Shown here in pieces: positions 42,608 to 54,300 of a DNA stretch of 64,000 bases. Each line of letters starts with the position of its first letter. Within the stretch, counting starts at the first letter, position 1. The translations under genes were made by a program, and so were the position numbers. Source of the stretch: an uncultured Gammaproteobacteria bacterium (GTDB lineage: Bacteria; Pseudomonadota; Gammaproteobacteria; JACCXJ01); NCBI GenBank assembly GCA_963764725.1, contig CAVXTM010000010.1:1-64000 (forward strand), written 5' to 3'. The notes under the pieces were generated by a model. It worked only from the letters and a program-made list of their open reading frames with translations. It did no database searches and was not told the origin of the DNA.

Positions 42608-42833
42608 AGTGCACCCATTGGCGCAGCAGGTTAGTTTCACGGATAGCGACATGGTCGTTGCGCTGGTTGATGGCCGTACTGTCTCAGTGCCGCTCGTCTG
42701 GTTTCCTAGACTAGCGAGTGCATCGAGACGACAATTGGAGAACTACGAGATCCTGGCAGACGGTGAGGGTATTCACTGGCCGGAGGTCGATGAGGACTTA
42801 AGCGTCGCGGGCCTGCTCCGAGGCGCGCACTGA
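42588..42833 (+). CDS. DUF2442 putative antitoxin
   Basis: LVDGRTVSVPLVWFPRL...GIHWPEVDEDLSVAGLL; overlaps DUF4160. Confidence 0.9.
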   Translation: MSTQAIEVHPLAQQVSFTDSDMVVALVDGRTVSVPLVWFPRLASASRRQLENYEILADGEGIHWPEVDEDLSVAGLLRGAH

Positions 42834-42869
42834 TAACATCAGGGGTTAAAGCAGGGGTTGCAGGGGCTC

Positions 42870-43205
42870 TTAGTCCATTTTCGACCAGATTTTTTCCCAC
42901 ACATCGATTTTGATCGGGAAAAGCACCCGGTTGTAGTGGTGTTTGAGCGATCCGAGTTCGACCACAACCTCGGCCGGAAAACCCGCGCGATTGCCGCGCG
43001 TGTTGACCATGATTTCCTCGAAGTACGTACGCATCAAGTCCGGCTGTTGCCAAAGTTCCACCATGCGATTGACGATGCGTGGATACTGTTCGGGTAAGTG
43101 CTTCGGACGGACTTTCTCATCCAGGGAGGTGAGCCACTTGGATGCCGCCGGGCTGAGGTCTATGGCATTCTGTTTTGCAAACTTTTCTGATGTATCGTGT
43201 GTCAT
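42870..43205 (-). CDS. Conserved hypothetical protein
   Basis: YPRIVNRM..LW...YFEEIMVNTRGNRAGFP motif typical of small proteobacterial hypotheticals. Confidence 0.7.
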   Translation of the reverse strand: MTHDTSEKFAKQNAIDLSPAASKWLTSLDEKVRPKHLPEQYPRIVNRMVELWQQPDLMRTYFEEIMVNTRGNRAGFPAEVVVELGSLKHHYNRVLFPIKIDVWEKIWSKMD

Positions 43206-43527
43206 AGGAACGGCCTTATGGGTTGACTGAGGGACCGGAGTCTTCCCCTAGGTACACTCTCCGACACGCTCATTACTGCAAGATGCTTGCCCATGACAGC
43301 GCATTAGCGTCCTTTTCCAGGGAAGAAGAATGTTTGCAATGCGGAGCCACTTGCGCGTTTAGCGCGGATCTATACATCGTGAGCGGAGCTGTGCGTGGCG
43401 GTAGGCGACGAGCGCATTCTCCGCTTCTTCGATCGCGATGAGCACCGCACCGGTGGCGAGCCGCTGCGGGAACCTACTCGACCGATTCCGGCGCCAGGGG
43501 TACGATCAAGCACAGGTCAAAAAACTC

Positions 43528-44019
43528 ATGGCCGCGATCGCACATCTTTTCCGCCAGCTTACCCACGGCGTCTATATCGTGGGCGTCGCCCACGGCAGCG
43601 AGTGCAATGCCTTCACCGCCGCCTGGGTGATGCAGGCGTCCTTCGATCCGCTCCTGCTCGCCCTCGCTATAAACCCGCGGAACGCATCGTATCCCCTCTT
43701 GATCGCGAGCGGAGCGTTCACCGTCAACGTGCTGCGCCAAGACCAGATGACGCTCGCCGCCCATTTCGGTCAACCACGATGCGAGCACAAGCTGGCTGGG
43801 TTCGCTTGGTCACAAAAACGCACCGGCGCACCGGTCTTGGCGGAATGCCTGGCTTATTTCGAGTGCGTGATTGCGAGCCGCTGCGCCGCCGGCGATCATG
43901 AGATCGTACTGGGTCGAGTCGTTGACGGCAGCCTATTGAACGAAGGTATCCCACCGCTGCAATATCGCGACACTGGGGATCTAGACGGTAGCGATCGCTT
44001 GTTCCCGGAAGCTCTCTAA
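43528..44019 (+). CDS. Flavin reductase-like domain protein
   Basis: [27 protein letters not shown]. Confidence 0.9.
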   Translation: MAAIAHLFRQLTHGVYIVGVAHGSECNAFTAAWVMQASFDPLLLALAINPRNASYPLLIASGAFTVNVLRQDQMTLAAHFGQPRCEHKLAGFAWSQKRTGAPVLAECLAYFECVIASRCAAGDHEIVLGRVVDGSLLNEGIPPLQYRDTGDLDGSDRLFPEAL

Positions 44020-44053
44020 GCGGTGTGGCGATCCTAGCCCGAGGCGATTAGCA

Positions 44054-47000
44054 TTGAGCCTGGACCAATTTCATCCTGCTGTCCGAGACTGGTTTCAGGG
44101 CCGGTTCCGTGAGCCGACGCCCTGCCAAGGACGCGCTTGGCCCGCCATTGTTGAAAATCACCATACCCTGATCGCGGCCCCGACAGGCTCGGGCAAGACA
44201 CTAGCGGCGTTTCTCGCGGCGATCGATACGCTCGTGCGCAAAGCTGAAAGCGGGCACCTCGGCAATCGGACGGAAATCGTGTACGTGTCGCCGCTGAAAG
44301 CGCTCAGCAACGACGTCGAGCGGAATCTTCAAGGCCCGCTACAAGGGATTCAATCGCTGTTGCGCGAGCGTTACGGCGTCGAGCCAACCATTCGTGCTTT
44401 CGTTCGTACGGGCGATACGCCGGGCCGCGACCGTGTTGCGATGCGTAAGCACCCGCCCCACATCCTGGTGACGACTCCCGAATCGCTTTATATCGTACTC
44501 ACGAGCGTCGGTGGCCGAGAGATGCTGCGCTCCGCTCGCACGGTCATCATCGATGAGATCCATGCCCTGTTTAGTAATAAGCGGGGGGCTCATCTGGCAC
44601 TCAGCCTCGCCCGGCTCGACATGCTTGCCGGCGCACCGTTAACGCGTATCGGCCTGTCCGCGACACAGCGCCCCATCGACGAGGTCGCGCGCTTTCTGGC
44701 GGGTTGCGATCCCAACGCGAATCGCCCATGCACGATCATCGACATGGGTCATGAGCGCGCGTGGGATCTCGCGATCGAGGTCCCACCGTCACCGCTCAGC
44801 GCGGTGATGTCAAACGAGGTCTGGGAGGAAGTCTACGCGCGCCTCGCGGCACTCATCACCGAGCACCGCACGACCTTGGTATTCGTCAACACCCGGCGCA
44901 TGGCCGAGCGCGTGGCGCGCCATCTGAGCGAACGCCTCGGCACGGACGCAATTACGGCCCATCACGGCAGCATGGCGCGGGAGCACAGGCTCGAAGCGGA
45001 GCGGCGGCTCAAAGCTGGAGCGTTGCGCGCGCTCGTCGCGACCGCTTCGCTCGAGCTCGGGATCGACGTGGGCGAGGTAGATCTCGTGTGCCAGCTCAGC
45101 AGCCCGCGCTCAATCGCGGGGCTCCTCCAGCGCGTCGGACGCTCCGGTCATGCGCTCTCGGCGCTCCCGAAGGGCCGGCTGTTTCCATTGAGCCGCGACG
45201 ATCTGGTGGAGTGCGCGGCACTGCTCGAAGCCGTCCGCTGCGGCGATCTCGATCAAGCTAAGGTGCCACCGGGGCCGCTTGATGTCCTCGCGCAACAGAT
45301 CGTGGCCATGGTTGCCAACGAAGACTGGGATGAAGATGAGCTCTACGATCTCGTTGTGCACACCTACCCTTACCGCGCCCTCGTCCGAACTGAATTCCAG
45401 CGGCTTGTCCGCATGCTGTCCGAGGGCTTTACGACGCGCCGGGGCCGGCGCGGCGCCTATCTCCATCGCGACACGGTGCAGCGGCGGTTGCGGGCTAGGC
45501 GCGGTAGCCGCCTCGTCGCCGTGACCTGCGGGGGAGCCATCCCCGACAACGCCGACTACGAAGTGCGCCAAGAACCGGCGGGCACCTTCGTCGGGACGGT
45601 CAACGAAGACTTCGCCATCGAAAGCCTGGCCGGCGATATCTTCCAGCTCGGCAACACCTCGTGGCGGATCCTGCGCGTCGAGACCGGCATCGTCCGGGTG
45701 GAGGATGCCCGCGGTCAACCGCCCACCATTCCCTTTTGGCTGGGCGAGGCGCCCGGACGGACCGCCGCCTTATCACAGGCCGTATCCCGCCTTCGCGCCT
45801 TGCTCGACGAGATGCTCGTCGAGAGCGGTATCGAGGAGGCCGTCCGCTGGCTGCGGCTGCACTGCGGGCTCACGGAGCCCGCGGCCTTGCAGCTCGCTCA
45901 ATACCTAGCCAGCGCGCGCGCCGCGCTCGGCGTGCTCCCGACCCAGGAGACGCTGGTACTGGAACGCTTCTTCGATGAGTCGGGCGGCATGCAGTTGGTC
46001 CTGCACTCCGCGTTCGGATCGCGGCTCAATCGCGCCTTCGGTCTGGCGCTACGCAAACGCTTCTGCGCCAAGTTCAACTTCGAGCTTCAAGCCGCGGCCA
46101 CGGAAGACGCCGTGGTGTTGTCGCTCGGCGAGACCCATAGTTTTGCCCTCCCCGACGTTTGGGGCTATCTCAACGCGGCCAGCGTCCGCGAGGTCTTGAC
46201 CCAGGCATTGCTCGATGCGCCGATGTTCACTCTGCGCTGGCGCTGGAACGCTTCGATCTCGCTCGCCGTCCCGCGCGCCCAGGGCGGACGCAAGGTCCCG
46301 CCACGCTTGCATCGTATGCGCGCGGAGGATCTCCTGGCGGTCGTGTTCCCCGATCAGGTGGCCTGTCTTGAGCACCTGGCCGGACGGCGCGAGATCCCGG
46401 ACCACCCCTTGGTGCGCCAAACGCTGAGCGATTGCCTCACCGACGCCATGGACATCGACGGGCTGGAAGCGCTCTTGAAAACCATCGAAGCCGGACAGAT
46501 ACGCTTGCTCGCGCGCGCTCTCACCGAACCCTCGCCGCTCGCCCAAGAGATCCTCAATGCGCGGCCCTATGCCTTTCTCGATGATGCGCCCTTGGAGGAA
46601 CGGCGCACTCAAGCCATCCTCAGCCGCCGCTGGCTGGATATCGAGTCTGCCGAGCGCCTTGGGCGCTTGGATCCCGGCGCCATCGAACGGGTATGCGCCG
46701 AGGCCTGGCCGGATGCATCGACGCCCGACGAGTTGCACGAGGCGCTGACCTTGGCGGGATTTTTCACCGAGTCCGAGAGCCGCCGTAGCGCCGCTGGCGA
46801 GGCGGTGAACGCGGGAGGATGGGGAGGGTTGCTGGAACAACTCAAGTTAGAAAAACGCGCAACGGTTTTATGTGTCGGGGAGTGGCGGGCGTGGGTCGCC
46901 GTGGAGCGCTTACCCGAGCTTTTAGCGCTTCATGCCGACGCCGCCATCACTCCGATTCTGCAGGTACCCGCGGAGTATGCGTCGAAGGCTTGGACCGCAG

Positions 47001-48373
47001 AGGATGCCTTGGTCGAATTGCTGCGTAGTCGGCTCGAAGTTCTCGGACCCACGACACCGGCTGCACTTGCCTTCGAGTTTGAGCTTGCAGAGCCATCCCT
47101 ACGGACCGCGCTACTGACCCTCGAATCCCAGGGCTACGTCTTGCGCGGCGACTTCACCGGGCAGGATCGCGAGGAATGGTGCGAACGGCGTTTGCTCGCG
47201 CGTATTCACCGCTATACCGTACAGCGGCTTCGCCAGGAGATCGAACCTGTCGCGGCGGCGGATTTCTTGCGTTTTCTGTTCCGCTGGCAGCATGTGGATC
47301 CCGCGACGCGCTTGAGCGGCGAGCCTGCCCTCCCGGCCGTATTGGAACGGCTCGAGGGCTTCGAGGCAGCCGCGGCGAGCTGGGAAGAAGAACTCCTCCC
47401 CGCACGTCTGCGCGATTACGATCCCGCATGGATCGATCGCCTGTGCTTGTCGGGACGCATGGTTTGGCGCCGGCGCGCAGCCGCACCGCCCGCCGGGAAC
47501 GCCGCGGGGCCCCTACGTTCCACGCCGATCACGTTTTTGGCCCGCCAACGCGAGTGGCCGGGGGAGATAGCCGACTCCGGTAGCATCGAACTCGGCCCGC
47601 ACGCGGGGGCGGTTGCCGAGTCGTTACGCCGGCAGGGAGCCTTATTCACCGAGGATTTGATCGCCGAGCTCGGTTACCTGAAGACCCAAGTGGAACAGGC
47701 ACTTGCCGAGCTGGTTGTGAAGGGGATCGTGAGCTGCGATAGCTTCGCAGGCTTGCGTTTGTTGCTGGCCCCCGCCAGCGGCCGCCAGCGGCGATCACGA
47801 CGGCGGGGGTGGGTGCGTGACCACGCCGCCGGACGCTGGGTCCTGGTGCGGGAGCGTTTGCCGACAGCGCCTGCGCCGGATCCCTTGCTCACGCAGGATA
47901 CAACGGACGCTCTGGAGGCATGCGCCTGGGTTTTGCTCCGCCGCTATGGGGTCGTCTTCCGGCGCCTGACCCTGCGCGAGCCCAGCTTACCTCCGTGGCG
48001 CGATCTGGTTCGGGTTTATCGGCGCTTGGAAGCAAGGGGCGAGATCCGCGCGGGGCGGTTCGTGGCAGCGATGAGCGGCGAGCAGTACGCCCTCCCCGAG
48101 GCCGTGGGGCTGCTACGCGCGACGCGGCGCGAGGAAAAGACGGGTAGCTTAGTCGCCGTGAGCGGCGCGGACCCCTTGAACCTCGCCGGGATCATCACAC
48201 CCGGCGAGCGCGTGCCTGCGTTGACCTCTTATCGGATCCTATATCTCGACGGAGAGCCGATCGCGACACTGCAAGGAAAAGCAGTGCAATTCGCCACCGC
48301 TCCTGAGCCCGCGAATGCTTGGGCGTTACGAAACGCCCTGATTCGGCGACCAACCGCGGCGCAGCTTGAGTGA
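44054..48373 (+). CDS. lhr: Lhr-family SF2 helicase with extended C-terminus
   Basis: [33 protein letters not shown]; C-terminal LRRYGVV/GRFV region. Confidence 0.9.
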   Translation: MSLDQFHPAVRDWFQGRFREPTPCQGRAWPAIVENHHTLIAAPTGSGKTLAAFLAAIDTLVRKAESGHLGNRTEIVYVSPLKALSNDVERNLQGPLQGIQSLLRERYGVEPTIRAFVRTGDTPGRDRVAMRKHPPHILVTTPESLYIVLTSVGGREMLRSARTVIIDEIHALFSNKRGAHLALSLARLDMLAGAPLTRIGLSATQRPIDEVARFLAGCDPNANRPCTIIDMGHERAWDLAIEVPPSPLSAVMSNEVWEEVYARLAALITEHRTTLVFVNTRRMAERVARHLSERLGTDAITAHHGSMAREHRLEAERRLKAGALRALVATASLELGIDVGEVDLVCQLSSPRSIAGLLQRVGRSGHALSALPKGRLFPLSRDDLVECAALLEAVRCGDLDQAKVPPGPLDVLAQQIVAMVANEDWDEDELYDLVVHTYPYRALVRTEFQRLVRMLSEGFTTRRGRRGAYLHRDTVQRRLRARRGSRLVAVTCGGAIPDNADYEVRQEPAGTFVGTVNEDFAIESLAGDIFQLGNTSWRILRVETGIVRVEDARGQPPTIPFWLGEAPGRTAALSQAVSRLRALLDEMLVESGIEEAVRWLRLHCGLTEPAALQLAQYLASARAALGVLPTQETLVLERFFDESGGMQLVLHSAFGSRLNRAFGLALRKRFCAKFNFELQAAATEDAVVLSLGETHSFALPDVWGYLNAASVREVLTQALLDAPMFTLRWRWNASISLAVPRAQGGRKVPPRLHRMRAEDLLAVVFPDQVACLEHLAGRREIPDHPLVRQTLSDCLTDAMDIDGLEALLKTIEAGQIRLLARALTEPSPLAQEILNARPYAFLDDAPLEERRTQAILSRRWLDIESAERLGRLDPGAIERVCAEAWPDASTPDELHEALTLAGFFTESESRRSAAGEAVNAGGWGGLLEQLKLEKRATVLCVGEWRAWVAVERLPELLALHADAAITPILQVPAEYASKAWTAEDALVELLRSRLEVLGPTTPAALAFEFELAEPSLRTALLTLESQGYVLRGDFTGQDREEWCERRLLARIHRYTVQRLRQEIEPVAAADFLRFLFRWQHVDPATRLSGEPALPAVLERLEGFEAAAASWEEELLPARLRDYDPAWIDRLCLSGRMVWRRRAAAPPAGNAAGPLRSTPITFLARQREWPGEIADSGSIELGPHAGAVAESLRRQGALFTEDLIAELGYLKTQVEQALAELVVKGIVSCDSFAGLRLLLAPASGRQRRSRRRGWVRDHAAGRWVLVRERLPTAPAPDPLLTQDTTDALEACAWVLLRRYGVVFRRLTLREPSLPPWRDLVRVYRRLEARGEIRAGRFVAAMSGEQYALPEAVGLLRATRREEKTGSLVAVSGADPLNLAGIITPGERVPALTSYRILYLDGEPIATLQGKAVQFATAPEPANAWALRNALIRRPTAAQLE

Positions 48374-48396
48374 GAAACGCGGCAAATGCCGCACCC

Positions 48397-48535
48397 TGTT
48401 AACTCGCGGATCAATGGCGCCGATCGGCGTGTGGTTTTCCGGGTCTCGGACTTTCTGACGCGCTAGCCTTCGGACTTTTTGTCCAGAGGCAGCGCGATGG
48501 CTAATAGGAGGTTCGAGATGTACGAGCCTCCTTAA
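48397..48535 (+). mobile_element. IS21-family left end with the first codons of istA
   Basis: TG-initiated end TGTTAACTCGCGGATCAATGG...; ATG at 48497 reads MANRRFEMYE, then truncated. Confidence 0.5.
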
Positions 48536-48629
48536 ACGCCCAGGCTATGCGCCCATCGCCATCTGCTTTGCTGGCCCCGAGCAGCGCGTAGCTACTGAGA
48601 GGTTTCGCGCGCGCTGGTAGTGGTCACGC

Positions 48630-48804
48630 GCCAACACCTCCATAAATGCCGACTGATCAACATCGTCCAAGGCCATCGGCTCTCGCCTGTCGCCACGCGA
48701 GGTGATGTGGTACACCACCCCTTCGTATTCGATCCCTAAGGGCCTCGCCATGGGGCGAGAAGAGATCATAGAGGCCATCTATGCAAGATGGGAGACTTGA
48801 CCCC
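48630..48804 (-). pseudogene. Y1/RAYT-type transposase N-terminal remnant
   Basis: MARPLGIEYEGVVYHITSRGDRREP...DD; upstream GGGGTCAAGTCT repeat. Confidence 0.8.
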
Positions 48805-48935
48805 AAGTGTTTACATTTGGCACAGGTTTGAGGCCTACGTCACAAAACGGCTGGCTGGGTATTGTTAACCTCTCCGACTTTCGTAGTATGTCGGCGCAAG
48901 AATAACTAAAGCGCTCTGCGCTAATAACAGACGGC

Positions 48936-49130
48936 TCAGCAAGAACTATAAGCGGCCTGGATTGACCCGAAGCGTTCCGGAAACTCCCGTCGATACTTGA
49001 GGGCCTTTAACTGCCTTTCCGAGAAGGCGTTGTCATCGGGGACGTGTGTCCGGCTATGAATGGTGGGAAGACCGAGGTCAGAAACCAGACAGGCCACGCG
49101 CTTTGAGGTCATTGCGGATATAACAACCAA
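48936..49130 (-). pseudogene. IS3-family transposase (integrase core) remnant
   Basis: MTSKRVACLVSDLG...HSRTHVPDDNAFSERQLKALKYRREFPERFGSIQ. Confidence 0.8.
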
Positions 49131-49145
49131 TCGGAGGAACGTCAG

Positions 49146-49385
49146 ATGCCAAGAAAATTCACGATGCTGCTCGCCACAATAGCGCTAATCGGGGCAACGA
49201 CATCTGCGAACGGTCAGCAAGCCATAAACAAACGTCCGCTCAGCCTCGACAGATCGACGCGCCGCGTGCGAGCAAGATCCGCGCGTCCTCGTCGGGGTCG
49301 TGAGCGTCAATGTGTGCGTCGGAGCCGATCTGTTTCCGCGAGGAGTTCGCCGGCAACGGCCGGTCGTGCGCGACGTGCCCGCAGT
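49146..49385 (+). pseudogene. Remnant of an exported c-type cytochrome (cytochrome c peroxidase-like)
   Basis: Signal peptide MPRKFTMLLATIALIGA; shifted frames give GADLF/REEFAGNGRSCATC, with the CxxCH motif cut before His. Confidence 0.5.
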
Positions 49386-49412
49386 TGCAAAACTAAAACA
49401 TAACGGAGGAGT

Positions 49413-50813
49413 ATGATGCACTATATCACTATAGTTCTACTAACAAGCCTATTAACAATGCCAGTAGCTGAGGCGGCAGACACCAATAAGTTTGGTCGAA
49501 TGTTTCCTCAGTTGCCAGCCTTTGTTTCACCAACACCGGAAGAGCTGACGGATCTTTCGCTGTGCATGCAAGACCCTAACGCGGTCGAGCAAAACAACGA
49601 TGGGATCACTGCCGGGTTCACGTACCTCGGGCAGTTCATTGACCATGACCTTACCCTGGATACAGAACCTCAACCCACGGACTCAGTTGACCCGACGAAG
49701 CTGGTCAACCGCCGGACGTTCTTCTTCGACTTGGACTCAGTGTTCGGAGGCGGACCCACGAAAAGTCCTCAGCTCTATGAGGTCGATAGCCCGAGGATGT
49801 TGATCCAGGAGTTCACGGATGTGGATGGAAAGCCAGTACGCGACGTACCGCGCAACGCGAACGGCTCGGCCATCATCTCCGATGGGCGTAACGATGAAAA
49901 TCAAATAATCGCTCAAATCCAGGTAGCGTTCATTAAATTCTACAATCGCTTGGTCGACGACGGCTTCACGCACAGCGCGGCGCGTCGTACGACTACCGAG
50001 TATTACCAGTGGGTGGTGTTGCATGGCTTCTTGCCGCACCTGGTGGGTCGTCGCCGCGTCTCTGCTGCTTTAATACAGCAGGCCCTAGGTAGGAACTACA
50101 TCAAGGCGCTACCCAGTGCCCCGGTGGAGTTCTCCGTGGCAGCGTATCGGTTTGGACACTCCATGGTGCGTAATGCCTATCGGATGAACACTGCTGCGTT
50201 TCCTGTGTTTAATCCGTCAGCCGAGGATCTGCACGGCGGGCGTCCCATTCTTGCGGTTAAGTTGATTGACTGGGGCAACTTCTTTACTGCTTTAGCTGGT
50301 CCAGGTAATGTCGTTAACATCTCGCGCCAGATCGACCCACTACTCACCGCTTCGTTGTTCAATCTCCCGATTCCGGGAGCCGCTCCGCAAGGGAGCAACA
50401 ACCTGGCTTTTCGTAACATGCTCCGTGCAAAATTTTACGGGCTGCCCTCGGGACAGGACGTTGCCAAGACCTTGAGATTGCCTGAGCTTTCTGCTAAGAG
50501 CCTCAACCCCACTGGTCTACCAATGCATCACCCACTGTGTCCGGTGCCCACCGCGGCCCCTGCGTTCGCAGCATCGTTGGATAAAGGGACGCCGCTGTGG
50601 TTCTACATCCTGGCGGAAAGCCGGGCGGTCAAGGATGGGGCGCAGCTCGGCCCAGTTGGCGCGCACATCGTGGTTGACGTGTTCCTGCGTCAGCTTCGTA
50701 ACAGCACGCCGTCCATCATTAAGTCGCACTTCATTCCCAGACCACCGATAGCTCCGGCTTTGGGGCGGTTTGAGATGAGTGACTTCCTGACGTTCGCCGG
50801 GGTAGCGGACTAA
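49413..50813 (+). CDS. Secreted heme peroxidase (peroxidase-cyclooxygenase superfamily)
   Basis: Signal peptide; YLGQFIDHDL, DGRNDEN, AYRFGHSMVR, TPLWFYILAE, LGPVG. Confidence 0.9.
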   Translation: MMHYITIVLLTSLLTMPVAEAADTNKFGRMFPQLPAFVSPTPEELTDLSLCMQDPNAVEQNNDGITAGFTYLGQFIDHDLTLDTEPQPTDSVDPTKLVNRRTFFFDLDSVFGGGPTKSPQLYEVDSPRMLIQEFTDVDGKPVRDVPRNANGSAIISDGRNDENQIIAQIQVAFIKFYNRLVDDGFTHSAARRTTTEYYQWVVLHGFLPHLVGRRRVSAALIQQALGRNYIKALPSAPVEFSVAAYRFGHSMVRNAYRMNTAAFPVFNPSAEDLHGGRPILAVKLIDWGNFFTALAGPGNVVNISRQIDPLLTASLFNLPIPGAAPQGSNNLAFRNMLRAKFYGLPSGQDVAKTLRLPELSAKSLNPTGLPMHHPLCPVPTAAPAFAASLDKGTPLWFYILAESRAVKDGAQLGPVGAHIVVDVFLRQLRNSTPSIIKSHFIPRPPIAPALGRFEMSDFLTFAGVAD

Positions 50814-50831
50814 CACACTCAGGAGGTACAG

Positions 50832-50859
50832 AGCCCCACACCTGGCAAGTGTGGGGTTC
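50832..50859 (+). terminator. Hairpin after the peroxidase gene
   Basis: AGCCCCACAC-loop-GTGTGGGGTT stem; weak U-tail. Confidence 0.4.
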
Positions 50860-51342
50860 GCCTATCGAATGGCGACGAAACCTGAAGGCTGGATTAAAAG
50901 AATCGTCAAGGAGATGCTAGACATGCACCCACGCGCCTACCACCACATGCCTGTACAGAACGGCTGCGGGACTTCCAGACCGGTGCGATCATCCAGCACT
51001 ACACGCGCAGCCTCGATCGCGTCCCCGGCGACTTCCGGGGGTCTCGTCTGCGTCCGGTAAGCTCAGCAAAAACCTCAGGTTCGGGGGGGGCACCGTGATG
51101 TTCTGAGTCAGGGCGCGCAGGCCGCGTTGACGATCTTTGCAACCCACGCAGCCCATCGCCGCGACATTGAGCGTCTCGACGCCGGGGTAGCGCGCCTTTC
51201 ACGCCGGCATCGACTCGTGGATAGAATCCTGGATACCTTTCGCGAGATCCTGGAACGCGGTCGAGGTGGTGCGCCCGCAGCCGGGCAGGTGGTTATTTGC
51301 AGCCTCACCAGTATCAGGCAATTAGGCCGAGATGTACGGCTA

Positions 51343-54300
51343 CTAACATGATCCCTGGGCCGCATTGGCAAACTCGCAGCGCGCGAGCACACGTAGCTCG
51401 GCCAGCGCGACGGTCACCATGGCAAGATCACACCGCTCCGCGTTTCCGATCTCGCCGAGGAGATGATGGTAGCGCTTGAGCGCATCGCGAAACGGAGCCG
51501 AGCGGCGATCCACGAGGCCCTCAGCCGGTTCTGTCGCAGCCTTAAGCACGAGCACCGTTAATTCCGAGTGCAGCGCGGCCAGTTCATCGCCTGCATCAAT
51601 GCGCGCCCGCTCTTGCCAGCTCCCTTGTAACGGCAAGTTCTCAATTTGATCGCGCAGCCAGTCTATTTTGAGCCGCTCACCGAGATCGCAGTACACGGTG
51701 CCCACGTTGCCTAACTCGAGTCCCGCTTGCATGCGGATCTCGCTGATGTCGAGGACATGGACCAAGGAGCGAAGCCGCGCGGATTTTACCGCCAGCTCCT
51801 GCGGAACGCCCTGGCGTGTCCAGGTCTCGATCGAACGGGCCACGCCCTGACCCTCAGTGCCGATGGCAGGCTGGTCGAGTTGCTGGCCAAACCATTGCAC
51901 CGCGGGACCGAACTGTTTCACCGCAGCAGTGATATCGAGGGGTCTCCGCGAGCGCCGTAAAAACCAGCGCGTGGCCCGTTCAACGAGCCTCTGTGTCTCT
52001 GAAATCAGCTCGATCTGGACCGTGAGCGCTGCCCGATTTTCGCTCCGGTCTATTTCGTCCCAAAGCGCTCGAACCTCGAAAACATCGCGCGCCGCCAGGT
52101 AGGCGCGGGCGATGGCGGGGACATCGCGTCCGGTAAGCTCATGCATGCGCAGCGCAAACGTGATCCCGGCTCGGTTCACCATGCTGTTAGTGACAATGGT
52201 CGCAATGATCTCGCGGCGCAGGCGGTGATCAAGCAACTCCTGAGGAAAGCGTTGTCGCAGCGGCGCGGGAAAATAACGCTCGAGCACGCTCGCGAGATAA
52301 GGCTCGTCGGGCAGGTCGGAGGCGAGGATCTCAGGATAGAGATCCATCTTCGCATAGGCCAAGAGCACCGCGATTTCCGGCCGCGTGAGGCCCAGGGCCG
52401 CCGCCTTGCGCTCGGCGAGCGTCTTCTCCCCCGGCAGGGCCTCCAGCGTCCGATCGAGCAATCCGTCGCGTTCGAGCGCAGCCATGAGCCGCTGGTACCC
52501 CTCAAGCTGAGATCTCGCGTCGGCCTCCGCGATGCTGATCGCGCGCACTTGGCGATAGCAATCGTGGAGCACATGCCCGGCCACTTCCTCGCTCATCTCG
52601 GCCAAGAGTTGGTTACGCATCTGCTCGCTGAGATCGCCGCGCGCGGCGGCCGCGTTGAGTGGGATCTTGAGGTTGACCTCCCGGTCCGAGCAATCGACCC
52701 CGCCGCAGTTGTCGATGGCGTCCGTATTGAGACGCCCGCCCCTGAGCGCATACTCGATGCGCCCCCGTTGGGTCAGGCCGAGGTTACCGCCCTCGGCGAT
52801 CACCCGGCAGCGCAGCTCGTGGGCATCCACGCGGACGCCATCGTTACTCCGGTCCCCAATCTCCGCGTGACTCTCCGCTTGGGCCTTGACGAAGGTTCCG
52901 ATCCCGCCGTTCCAAAGGAGATCCACGGGCGCCTTGAGCAAGGCGCGGATGAGCTCGGCGGGAGTCAGACGCTCCGCTTGCAGGGCGAGGGCTTCCTTGA
53001 CCTCCGCCGAGAGCGCGACGGCCTTGGCCGCGCGCGGATACACGCCGCCGCCGCGCGAGATGAGCGCTGGGTCATAATCCGCCCAGGTCGTGCCCGCCTG
53101 CGCAAACAAACGCCGGCGTTCCTCGTAGCTTGATTCCGGATCCGGATTGGGATCGAGAAAAATATGCTGGTGATTGAAGGCGCCGATGAGCTTGATGTGC
53201 CTGGATTGCAGCATGCCGTTGCCGAAGACATCTCCCGCCATGTCGCCGATGCCGGCTACCGTGAAGTCCTGTGACGCGACGTCCAACCCGAGGTCCCGGA
53301 AATGATGTTTGACTGCCTCCCACGCCCCGCGCGCGGTGATGCCCATGCGCTTATGGTCATACCCTGCGGAACCGCCCGAGGCGAAAGCGTCACCGAGCCA
53401 AAACCCGTACTCGCGCGCAATGGCGTTGGCGAGATCCGAAAACGCCGCCGTCCCCTTGTCCGCCGCGACCACCAGGTAGGGATCGTCCTCGTCGTAACGC
53501 ACCACATCCCGCGGTGCCACGACGCGCTCCCCGGCGCGGTTATCGGTGATGTCAAGCAAGCCGCGGATAAAGATCTCATAACACGCGGCGCCCTCTCGGT
53601 GCGATGCCTCCGGCCCATCGGCGGCCGGCGGGTGCTTGACGACAAACCCGCCTTTGGCCCCCACGGGCACGATAAGCGCGTTTTTAACGCGCTGCGCCTT
53701 CATGAGGCCCAGCACTTCGGTGCGAAAGTCTTCCCGCCGATCGGACCAGCGGACCCCGCCTCTCGCCACCTTGCCGCTACGCAAGTGCACGCCTTCCGTG
53801 CGCGCTGAATAGATAAACACTTCGAACATCGGCCTGGGCTTCGGCAACTGCGGGATCAAGGCGGGATTGAGCTTGACCGACAGGTAGGGTTTATAGCGCC
53901 CGGCCGCATCGCGCTGGAAATAATTGGTCCGCGTCGTAGCTTGGATGAGCGTAAACGCCGCTCGCAAGATCCGGTCTTCGTCGAGACTCGGCACGTTGTC
54001 CAGGGCGCCCTCCACGTATGCCGCGAGGGTCGAAATCGCGCCCGCCCGGCGTTTGCGTTGCGGATCGAAGCGCGCCTGGAACAGATCTACCAACATGCGC
54101 GCGATGCCAGGGTTGCGCGCCATGCAATCTTCCATATAGGACTGGCTGAAGGCTATGCCGAGATGGCGGAGATAGCGGCAATAAGCGCGCAGCACGAGGA
54201 TTTCGCGTGCCTCCAGCCGAGCGCGCAACACCAAACGGTTAAAGCCGTCGTTCTCAACCACGCCCGACCAAACTTGCGCGAAGGCGTCCTGAAACTTGGC

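Noticed and set aside
50860-51340. Short ORFs between the peroxidase and gdhB
   Set aside because: Probably further gene scraps; none identifiable enough to call.
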